Below are positions 13,044 to 24,854 of a stretch of 47,567 bases of DNA, in pieces. The position numbers and the translations under genes were made by a program. The stretch is from Catajapyx aquilonaris (lineage: Eukaryota): NCBI GenBank assembly GCA_000934665.2, contig KZ538788.1:1-47567 (forward strand), written 5' to 3'. Within the stretch, counting starts at the first letter, position 1, and each line of letters begins with the position of its first letter. The notes under the pieces are model-generated. The model had not been told where the DNA came from, ran no database searches, and saw only the letters and a program-made list of their open reading frames with translations.

Positions 13044-16000
13044 TAATGACAAGAAATTATTCAAAAATGCCTAATGCGGACACTGCCCACACAGGGTGGT
13101 CCATATAATGTGACACCCTTCCATTGAAACCCCCTGTAGGCGCCTAAGAGGATTAGTATAAGAAACAGTGGGTGCTTGTGAGAACCAGGGTATAGACTAG
13201 CAGGCCCGGGAAACGCAAACGGAATTTATTATTTCAGCACGATGGGGGATGAAAGAGACCAACTGCGTGTGGAAATCTCTCCGACAGCGTTCTTTTATTC
13301 ATTGGTTCATTTGTCACCTGTGCAGTAGCAGCAGGCTCACGCCGTATATGCGTCTATGCTACTTACATCGAGGCTTGCATCTGTCCTGTATGTAACAGCA
13401 GGAATTGTCCGTTCCCACCGGCTTCCGTATTGATTCACGTACGGTGCATTCAAAGAACATGGGCGTGTAGGTGCTGTCAAACTGGTCTAAACATGAAGGT
13501 GCGGCTTTTTTTTTTTTTGCGAAAAAATAAAATATGGCTGAATATTCAGCGTGGTATAAACGGGCCCATAAGGTCCTGGAAACAACGGCCATATTGCTAA
13601 TCGCGTCTTCCTTTAATCAACCTTTGTCACTTCCTTACGACGTCCCTGCTCGCATTATACGCGGAACATTACAGTTCATACTTGCAAATTTGCCCGACCA
13701 AGATGGTATCGTAGGTAGAAACCGGTGGTAATCAAGTGCTAATATTGACGTCCTTGTATACTAGAATCGTTTAATAGTAGCGAAAATTAGCATTTGAAAT
13801 ATCACGAACACGACAATCTTTTTGCGGGTCATAGTACCCCCCATACATGCTTGAGAGCCATGTTTTCCATCCCCTGCTGTCCTTTAAAGAAAAAAAGGTA
13901 TTGGGTAAGGCGGCATTCCTTTGGTGTTGTAACCCCTGAAGAGGACGGGGCCTCCTAGGATCGGTCCGGACAAATGGCCCGGAAATCCTGATACGGCAGA
14001 GATAATGAGGCAGGGGGGCAAAGCAGAGCTGTCCTGCTTGATGATGATGGCATGGATGCCTTCGTTTCCCCTCTTCCGATCAGTGTCCAGTCTACGACGC
14101 CTGTTTGTCCTTATCGGACAGCAATTTAGCAGATGTAATTGCTGTAACCCCTGAAAATTCTTCAAGTATTTTTTCTTCATCAGCCAGGCTAGCTTACCAG
14201 CCTCTTGATCAGTCCCTCTAGTAATTACGACCTGATTGGGATTTGTGTCAGACCCAATCATGGGGTGGGTTATTCCCCTGTTGGAAGGGAGCGTCAACGG
14301 CTCAAGGGGTTGAGCAAGGGGAGAACCCTGTTGAATATGAAAAGCCGAGAGGGGTGAGCCACTGGCAGTTGAAATTGGCGCCAAAAACGGTCCAGAAAAG
14401 CGCATTTGCAGTGGATACCCAAGCTATCTATCAGCTGCGAGGGTATATAGCAGCTGTGCATCCGCAGTCGGAAAAACAGAAAATCCAGGCCAGCTCCATC
14501 ATCCGTCCATCCATCCATCCGTCCATCCGGAGATAGAAGTGGCAGCGGTGCGGTGGGGGTAATTTCATTATGCGTCAACAATGATTCCTCCGGACAAATT
14601 GTCACAAGGCGATCCCTGCAAACAGCATTCGACAATGGTGTGCCGACGTGTCGCTGTCAGCGGCTCTCCATTGCTATCTCCGGACGTCAAATCGCATGCA
14701 TTTTCGTGCTCCCGCGACCTGGATGGATATTGAATGCTAATTATGTGCACCGTGGGAAATAATCCAGCCTGCGCACGTTGATAGAGGCGACAATGTATAC
14801 GGCGGTTATTGTCCCTGGAGCAGAATGGGGGAGTGGGGAGGGGGGGTTTTCCACGAGGTGTAGAGCCCCAGCATATGTTGTCATATTCCGTATCGCGGGT
14901 TAGCACAGATCCATGTGCGGTTCCAGTGTTTGTGCTACCGGGATCCGCCTCTGTATTCCCTATTGGTTGGTCATTAACCAACAGTTAACGACAAACACGG
15001 GTGCAATTTCATGACAGATCAATTTTCAAAGCCGTATCAAGTTGAAATACATTCAGCCAGGGTCCCCCCCACGCTTTGACCTAATGCTGCATAATAGCCA
15101 TTAGCTTAATCCCTATTAACTCCAAGAGTTAGCTTTTCGGACTTTGATTGCGGCTTCCAATGGATGCACAACCAGACCCCAATTTACGTTTAATTTGCAC
15201 CGATAGGATCAATCCCTCCCCACCCATATGGATGCGTGCAATAATTTTGCCTCGCGGCTAATGAGAAGCCTATCCATGGCTATAATATGATATAGGCTGA
15301 CGTGGACAAATCGGATCAGGATAAAATATAAACTCCGGCTGATTAATAATAATCGTATTGACAGCGTCCCCCCTCTCTATAGAGCTGCATTGACGCGAAA
15401 TTTATTTTTCAAAACATATGCTGTTGATCATTTGATCGAAAGTGCTTCTCTCTATATAATCCTCCCCCCAATGGCTGTTAAAGTTAGGTCCCCATCAGAT
15501 AGTTTGAGGGAAAAGGGAGGGTAGCCAACCATGCAAAATTCCTTCCCCTCTCCAACTTTCTGCAGACTCCAATACCTACCTTCCTCTCCTGAAACTGCAA
15601 TGGCGGATGAAGTCCGTGCGACAACCATGACGAAGAAGACATGAGACCATCACCATTTTCTCTCTCTCTCTTCAGGAAGCGGCTTCGAGGGACCAGCAGA
15701 CCCTTACCTTTTTGCCCCAATAGCATGACCAACAGCTGCTCCAGGTGTGGGTGTAGATATGTGCATTGCAGGTGGACATTTTGGGTGTAAAGCCATAGAA
15801 CGGTAAAGCTATAGAACGGTACGACGGGAAATCGGGCGGAAACTTGGCCGGTCACCGTGGCCTGTCTGCCCCGCCAACTAATAGCGTGGGCCCCGCTATG
15901 AGGCCCGTATAAGGTAGTGGAATGCCGCCGGAATACCGCGGAAACGCAGCCATAATTTTAAAAATAATAACTAGTAGTAGCATAATAAGCTTAACATTTT

Positions 16001-19000
16001 GTATAGAAATTATGCCAGCCAATTTTTACGTTGCCTTCCTAGGAGCATTGGACAAATTCGGTGCAATGAAGATATGACCTTTTATACCGTATCGACGACA
16101 TCCTTTGTGCTTCAGGTCGCAATAACTTTGATAGGGCATAACCTTAGTTCCTTTCAACCCAGATTCGACACTTGCACTAATTTGTTCGGTGTTCTAACAA
16201 ATGTTGGATTCTAATGCGAGCCAGCAGTTTTTCGAATAAAATTACAGCTTCTGGAAGCTTAAAATTGGCAATAAGCGTGAACTCATTTCCTGGTGTTTCC
16301 TAGCTTCCCAGCCCAGCTATGATTTACGCATAGTGTCACCTAAGCAGCAAGTCGCAGATGGCAGCCTCTATCTCCCCATAGCTAAATCACCACTTTTGGT
16401 CTCAACACTTCCCTTTTCCCTCTCTCCTCGGTCCTATCAAAATCAGGGGCCTGCCCATTTAAATGTAAAACGAGCATAAATTCGGAGCAATAATGAAGTG
16501 ACAACGTTACCGTTTCCTTATCAACCCACCATTAAACCCCCAGAACGCATCCCCAAGGAACACTTCCCAGAGAGGGGGGGAAAACCTATCTTTTTTCACC
16601 ATATCGGGGTTCCCCCACGCCTCTTAACAAAATTTAGGGCTTGAAACTAAAACCAGGCCGATTTCAAGAGGCGGGGAAGGTTTCAAATTTGAACACTCGG
16701 GGAGCCAGTCCAAAACACCAGTTACTGCTCCCAGATGTCATTCCCTGTGATATCAACCCCCCCTAACACACACTCTCCCTTTCCCAATCTTCTAGAGTGA
16801 TGTACGCAACCAGAGGGGTTGATGAAGTCATGTTTGTTCTGTCGCACTTGCCGCAGATGGAATGGGCTTTTGATTAACCAGTGGTGCTGTCACCCCTAAT
16901 AGATTCGCCAAGGAGCCTCCTTTTTCCCTGATGGTCCCCGCTCAGAATTATACCCTGGATGATCATGCTAAGTATTTTTCAGGAGACCCCCCTAGGTCCT
17001 TTCAGGAGTCTATTAGAGGGAATAGTACTCATGTCAGTACCGAGTCGCTTCGATGACCACACAATCAGCGCCTTTGAATATACGCCTGGATGCTCATCAG
17101 GGACTTTTTTTTATTTAAAAAATCCTAGCTGCATTGTTGGGTACAAGCCGGTATTAAAAACATCAAAAAGGGAAAGCATTTTTATGTAATAAAAAAATTT
17201 CAGTATGTTAGACTCCTGGTGTTATTTGCTTTATCATAATAGGCTTATTCTCTCCATCTGTTGTTTGTTCGACCTGCTGATAGTATCGCTATCTCCTGAT
17301 TATGGCATGAGTTTGCAGAAGGAGTATGCCCCATCTTTGCGTGAAAAATAGTACTACGTGGTAAATCGGTGGGAATCTCATTCACCAAATTTTGGTCAAC
17401 AAAGATGGTTAAATCCTCAACTAGCCAACTGACCCCTGATTATCGTCGGTAAGAAAAGTAATTGAATAATGACCGTCTCAGTGTCGCTACCAGAACGGAA
17501 GCTGTAATTCCCCAAGCTGGAAATAATAATTAGTAGCCACTGCCCAGAATGTGCTCTGACATTATCGAAACTTCGCTAACTTCCTTCCAGCACAGCTTTA
17601 TATGCCTACATCCATTCACACGTCTCGTAAAAAAAAATTCCGTCGAGGGGTGTAATATCTCCCAAGAAAAATTTCACGTAATCTTTGGCATAAATGTTCA
17701 CAAGAGACCGCTAATAGCTGGCCCACCTGGTAACACTGCACCCATGGAGGTCTTCCATGGTAATAAACCATTTTCATGTCTTTATTCACTCCTCACGTGT
17801 CTTACTTCATTACTTGCATACACTATATCATTTGCCGCTACAATCTGGCATCCATGCTCCTGTTTGAGAAAATTGATACAGCCATTGGAGGAGTTGGCCA
17901 AATAAATTTGGTTAGTGCAAACACAATATGCTAGTGGCGCTGTAATTGAGTTACCGGCAGGAACCGGGGGCGGGAGGGAAATATTTCATTACCCGAACCC
18001 CCCCAACGCCGAGGGGGTTTACTGTTAAGTCAAGTGGGTGCAGTGAGTGCAAAGTATGTAGCATTAGGACACCCCCCCCCCCCCCCCCAAAAGCCTCTAC
18101 CCCCACAGGATTTTACTTTCCCCCATCACGTTCAGAATTCGGCCATGCCAAGCACGAACCAGCCACGCACTTCCACACCATAAAATCCCAGCCTGATTTA
18201 CGGAATGGAGTTTCCAGCTTCACCGCTGGAGAACTCCGGTGGTGGGAAAAGCTGGAGAGAAAAAACCAAGAGAAAAAACTGAGTGTTGAAAAAAAAAAAA
18301 AAAAGTGAAGAAGAAGAGCCCGGCTAGGCGATGCCTGCCAGCAATGTAAACAAAGGGCGAGATGAGTCTCTGGGATGAGAATCCGCAGCGGGAACGTGCG
18401 GCTGCAATTACGTGCCCGGGTTGTAATTTACGACGTCCACTGGACCTCTAGGGGCTCTCCTCTTTGGATGGACCCAAGTGCTAAAAGATGTACAACCTAG
18501 CTGTATATACCCACTATGTCTTCGCCTGGTAGGCTTAGCCGACAAGGAATGGTGGATATGAGAAAAGTGCAGCCGGATTGATATAGGACTGGTTTTTGAA
18601 TAATTCAGTAAATCAGTAACATACTGCCAAGTAGCAGCTACTAGTTCAACTGGAACGTACTGTACACTTAGGCTAATGCACACACCCCGTTTTCGACACT
18701 GTAACAGCATACATTAACGTCAAATGTTCAGTGTGGGGTTGCTAACATTAGTGAATTATGAAAATTATTATTATCAACAAACAGTGTGCACGCCCATCAT
18801 ATTTGGTTCCACATTTGAATCGCAAACCTGTAGTTACAATGTTAAACTCGGTAAAAATAGTTCCCCGAACTTTTCCTATAGTTCCAACTGATTTATGCAA
18901 AACCCCCCCACTGAATGACAATAACTATATTTACTCACTGTAGCGCAGGGGCAAAGAACCCTTTAAAATCTTAAAGAGTTCTGCCCCATCCAGTACGAAA

Positions 19001-20853
19001 ATACTTGTATAAACCAACCCTGTTTGCCATACTGAAAAAAATGTTAATAACAATAATTTGAATCCATGTTGTCATATTCACACTGCTAAATTGTTAACAA
19101 TGCGCTATCTTTACGCTTCTTATTTATTTAGTGGCTCAACAAAACTGTTTTTATAATCATTAAAATTAAGCTTTCATATTACAATCTTCATCCGTAAATT
19201 ATCATCATTTTAAAACCATATCATACTGTACAAAACCGGCCGCGGCCATCGCAGGGGAAACCGGCCCCACATCACCCGTCATCCGGGGCCTCCCCTGCCC
19301 GGACTCCCCCGCCGCATTCCCCCGCTCATTACATCACACCAAATTAACCCAAAAAACACGTCCTATAAAAAAAACCCATCCTGAATAAAAAATGAACCTA
19401 TAAGAATCTTCTCCCTCCGACCAAACATCGCTTCCAGCAAAACGACCGACAAAGCTACAAATCCGGCAGTCCGAAATCTCCCCCTTCTCAGTTTTTTTCC
19501 GTTTTTTTTTGGGAATGGGTCGAGCATAAAATCCAACTTTTCCTCTGCGTCACATTAGCCTCCGGAAGAAGAAGATATCTAGTGTTAGGAGACAGAACAT
19601 TTGCTTCAATCCCTAAAGCTTGAAGCGGTGAAAAATATTCTAGAGAGCATTAAGCTACCCCCCCATTTTGGTAGTCAGATTAGCTCAAGGAACACCCGAT
19701 TAATGTTGGCGGGTTCAATTTACAGTTTTCAATCAGCAAACTCTCACATCAGTTGCCCCGAGGCAGAAACACCGTTTGGAGGGAAGCACTGTGCTGCAAG
19801 ATGGATCGCTTCTGTAATTTTAGATAAGGACCCCCAAAAGCAGGACCCCCAAAATGTCGGTTAGAAACACATTCCAACATGCTGTTACCAAATTTCACAC
19901 CAGTTTACTAATGGACTCAATTTTCACTTTTTTTTTTTTAATTTGTGAAAAAATACAAACCGGAGCAAATTGCTGGCAGGAGCTAATTTGTTACAGGGTT
20001 GTGAAAACAAGTGCAAAAAAAATTTGCATAACCACACATTTTATTCACTCACTCGCTATGTAAACTAATTCACACTCCAGATATCCGGGAAATATTTTTT
20101 TAGTATGTATACCCAAGGTGACACCAATCCATTGTGCAAATCACATTCCATTGCGCACACACTCTATTCACCCATCACACACGCACTTGTCAACATAGTC
20201 ACGCTTGAGTATGGTCAGCTCCGGATATCCTTCTCTTATCAAAGTATCCTCACGCGAACACTGATACACCGCCATGACACTTTTCCTCTGGTTCGAACCA
20301 CACTCTTCCAAATACTGTTTCCTTCTACCCAAGCCTCCCAAGAATTTTTCTCTAGGCTCCCCAGCATTTGCAAAAAGAGGAACACCCCCCTCCCTAATCT
20401 ATTCTGCATCCTCCCTTGACACGATCACTAACACAACTGAATCCAACCTCTCTCCGACGGCAGTATAAAAGCTCCTCCCTTTTCCCCAGTAATGGGTTAT
20501 ATCTCCGCATTTTTGTGTGTGGAGTACAAAAGGTCTCTCATTCTTGTTCCTCTCAATGCTATCTCTCCAATATAATCACTGCATTGAAAGCCAACTGCTA
20601 TAAGTTCCCCCCCTTTCCTAAAAGTCAGTATAATAAGTACACCAGCATAATACCCGCGTTCATAAACACTCAATGACCATGAAGAAACGCAGAGAAAAGA
20701 GGAGGGGGGGGGGGAGGAGAGCGATCAACTCAATAGTACTCTTCTATGGCGTCCTTTACTAAGGGGGCCCCCATTGAACAGCCGGGTAGGGGGGGTGGAA
20801 GAGGGGGGGGGGATTTTGTGATGCAGCCTAAAGTCTAAATAACAACCCTCGTT

Positions 20854-21048
20854 NNNNNNNNNNNNNNNNNNNNNNNNNNNNNNNNNNNNNNNNNNNNNNN
20901 NNNNNNNNNNNNNNNNNNNNNNNNNNNNNNNNNNNNNNNNNNNNNNNNNNNNNNNNNNNNNNNNNNNNNNNNNNNNNNNNNNNNNNNNNNNNNNNNNNNN
21001 NNNNNNNNNNNNNNNNNNNNNNNNNNNNNNNNNNNNNNNNNNNNNNNN
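20854..21048. other. Assembly gap (195 N)
   Basis: Run of N, followed directly by a poly-C tract. Confidence 1.
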
Positions 21049-24000
21049 CCCCCCCCCCCCTCTATTATATCATTTTTTTTCCTACAATCTACAGTAGTTA
21101 CAAACCTGCACAGTGCAGAAGGGTATAATTATAACCGTCTACAACATTGACCCCTCCCAATAGTTGAACATTATTGGCGACCCTGCCGATTACCCATTCA
21201 GGACGCACAAATCGTAAGCTCTATGGCCATCGTCACGTCCGGATTGGGTTGACATCTTTTAATCCTCCAGGTGCATGCAGTCCTGATGTCCCCCTCGAGG
21301 AAATCTTCACGCATGTTAACGAATCCAAACACCCCCAAAAAGGTCCTAACTCCTTCTCAGCCTCCAGATCACAGATGGCAGCAAACAATTTTTTTCCGCC
21401 TATCATGGCATCGCACGCTACTATGCGATTATATGAGCCTTAAGATTTGTTATGCTCATGTCCGGTGATCTTACACTTTGGATTTTAAAATTATTAATTA
21501 TTTAAATTTGTTTGTTTGTTTACATATGGACGACCAGCGATATATCCAGTAAAAGCAGCAAAATGGCGGATATTCAACCTTAGTCCGCCATCTACCGTTG
21601 CTCGCACATAACCAGCGACTAGGGGGTCACCTGAAGCCCCTGCAAATTGTCACCTTTATTTGTGCAACATCTCGCGACAGATGCCTTAGAAGTGTTCTAG
21701 GGATGGAAAAGGGGGTCTTTCCCCCCTATTGTTGTCCAGGCGTCTCCTGCTCTCTTATTTGTCAACGTCGCCTAGACACCCCTTTTCTCCCAACCCTCGG
21801 TTGCTGATTGGCGAGAATACATTTAATTAGTTGGCAGGCCGATAATTACCAGTCGGAGTGAGGAAACTTTTGGGTCGTACTGGGGGGAGGATCAACCCAA
21901 TCCCGTCTTTCATCGCACTTCCTCCTACCAATTCATTAGTGACCTCAAAATCATGCTACTAACTCGCAGAAGCAGCAGCCATGTTTTTCTGTTGACTTCT
22001 ATTCCAAGTACCTCTAGCGACGTACCAAAGTTGATGACCGAAGATATTAAATCGTGACTTCTCTCTCTCTCTCTCGAATTAGGAAAGTTTGGGGAGCGGA
22101 AGCTGGAGCTATTTATCTCTGCCGAGGCCAAGCAAGCAAAAGCAGGAGAGAGAAAATACCGGTAGCCGAAAGCTGCAAATTCCGAAGTTAATAATTAAGC
22201 CCTAATTACGGGCCCTCCCCAAGATCACTTTCAAGCTCGGGAAGGCGGATGGTATTAGCGTTTTCGCAGAGCTGCCAGCGGGCGTTTTCATTCGCTCGAC
22301 GCCCCTCTGAAACTGATGAAAAATTCGATTTTATTCATGCACAACCTGGAAGTCGTGTCAAAGTCTAATTACAAACAAGTTCGTGAACAAGCAACGCGCC
22401 GCCTTGATCAAATGTCACGTGTTGGTTTATTAATATATGGTTGCGAAACTTGTATTTTGCATAAACATGATGGCTATAGAAATTGCCAAAAAAAACAGTG
22501 TTCAATTAATCCTGAAAATGTCGCGAATTATTCGCAACAGGGCATGCTCGCAATAAATAATTCCTGACCAGAGGAAAGTATACGAGCGTGAAAAGTGGGC
22601 ATGAGCACGCACTGGTGCAATGTCCAAAAAAAAAAAAAAAATGTTCGAACGACCGTAGCAGCACCCATCAGCCACCATTTTCTCCCACGGGTAGCGCAGG
22701 GGAAGGTGCGAGGAAAAGGAGTCTCCCATCCATGACCCCATGTCAATATCCCAGCGGGAAGGGGAGCAGCCGAAGAGTGATGACCTCTTCCCGTGTCCGC
22801 TAATGGAAGCCCTCCCTCCTTCCCATTCGCCACAACCTCACCTGTGCCTGGCACCACTTTCGATTTGGCATCCACTCAAAAAAAAGAGTATGGGAATAAC
22901 ATGGGTGTGGACTTGCAATTTACTTATGGAGGGATGTTACCAACAATCAACATCAACACCTGATAAATCGTGTGTTATAAGGGTTATTTTCAAAGTAGCT
23001 AAGAGATATTTCACAACGTATGTCCCCTTGTTCTCGATGCAAATCAATACGGAGGCCTCGATGTATGCCACCAGGTGATCATTAGGGGTAGTTTTTAACG
23101 GGGAAGGTTTTTAGCACATTGGAATTGACCTCCGAGGTCATCCTAGGCCGCAGGAGGCGAAAGGGCAGCAAAGCAGGAACCCCAGTTGTAGCTAGTAGTA
23201 GTAGTACAATATTTTGTCCAAATCCATCATAAAAATACTGCCAAAATCACATTGCGCAAGACACAAGTGTAAAAAAGGGAGAGAAACCCATGTCAAAAGC
23301 AGCCAAATCAATAACTGGCGAGTGAGAGAGAGAAAAGGAGAGGGCTAGAGTATATAGTATGGGGTGGATAGACGTATATCCCCCTACGATCCCTCTTTTC
23401 TAATCTTCCCTCCCAAACTCTTATATAGTAAAGGGAGGCTTGCACAAAGGCAGGAAGACGGGGTCTGGATTACTCCATCCACGACAGATCTACCAGCGTG
23501 AAACCAGATAACTCCTAGTTGACATTCATGAAAACGGCACTACTTCATTCGCGGAACAGAAGAATCTATTACCAGCCTCTTCCAAGATGCTAACACATTT
23601 TAGGGGGTTGGCTATAGGGGGGGGGGGAGAGAAGCTGTCTAACTTTCCTGTACAGCTTGCATCGTGTTTAACCACCCTTTTGTCTACTCCAGCATTCCTA
23701 CCAAGCGACATCAACAAACTCGTCTTCATTTCCTCCTCCGTCTCTCCAAAATTGGCCCTACCAAAATTTCATTTCAATATCTCCAACGGAAGCATCGCCT
23801 CCGCATACGTCCCCATCAAATCAAGAGGAAAGATAAATTCTTCTCCTCCCTACTACTCCGCCCACCCCCCTCCCCCCTTTTCGAGAAGCAATGTCACAAA
23901 TAACAGCTTTTGGTATATGGCCCCCCCTCCAACCCTACTCGTTTCGGCATGTGGGTTTGCCTGGTCCTGATTGAGGATCTGCAGCACCTTGTACACACAA

Positions 24001-24061
24001 TGCTTACTAGGGGGTGGCAGGGCGGGTGGGGGGAACCGGAGAAGGAGGAAAAACAGCTTAC

Positions 24062-24112
24062 CTCAGCGGGGTGAGGTCCATTCTTCTCAGGTGTGAAAGT
24101 TGGTCCCGGGAG
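24062..24112 (-). other. Candidate 51-nt exon of an unidentified minus-strand transcript
   Basis: Acceptor ctttttctctcctttcag and donor GAG|GTAAGC. It is open in phase 0 (LPGPTFTPEKNGPHPAE) and also contains an internal ATG (MDLTPL..). Confidence 0.3.
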
Positions 24113-24344
24113 CTGAAAGGAGAGAAAAAGAGATTTACTGTCAAGGTTCTCTCTCCCCGTCTCCACAGGAGAAGAAGGAAGAAGAAGAAGGGCAAACCAA
24201 CATCACCCTACTACTCCCTCCTATCCATTCACAAAATACCAGAATCGTCACCGGATACATTCCAACGGCACTGTAGTCCTGAATTACTCGACCGAAGCGA
24301 CCTACATACCACCGTTTAACTCATTTTAATCATAATCATAACAA

Positions 24345-24790
24345 TCCGCTGCTATTAGCTATATTATTGTTAGCTACGAGATTATTTATTTATTATTATC
24401 TAATAAAATATTAGATATCAAATATTCTACAATAAAATATTAGATATCAAATATTCTACAATAAAATATTAGATATCAACTATTATTAGCTAATAAAATA
24501 ATAGATATCAACTATTATTAGCTAACAAAATATTAGCTACTAGAATAGTATTAGCTAGCAAATATTAGCTAACAAATATTATTAGCTAATAAAATATTTG
24601 ATATCTAATATTATTAGCTAACAAATTATTCAAATATTACTAGCTAACAAATTATTCAAATATTATTAGCTAACATATTATTCAAATATTATTAGCTAAT
24701 AAAATATTTGATATATAATATTATTAGCTAAAAAATTGGTATCTAATATTATTAGCTAACAAAATATCAGATATCTAATATCTTATTAGC
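24345..24790. repeat. AT-rich minisatellite with roughly 21-32-bp units built from palindromic modules
   Basis: Tandem aataaaatattagatatcaaatattctac and tattattagctaataaaata units. ttagatatcaaatatt occurs in the left half and its reverse complement aatatttgatatctaa in the right half. Confidence 0.9.
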
Positions 24791-24799
24791 GATCAAAGC

Positions 24800-24800
<1 letters not shown>

Positions 24801-24854
<54 letters not shown>
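24801..24854. repeat. (TTA)18 microsatellite
   Basis: Perfect trinucleotide run. Confidence 0.98.
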
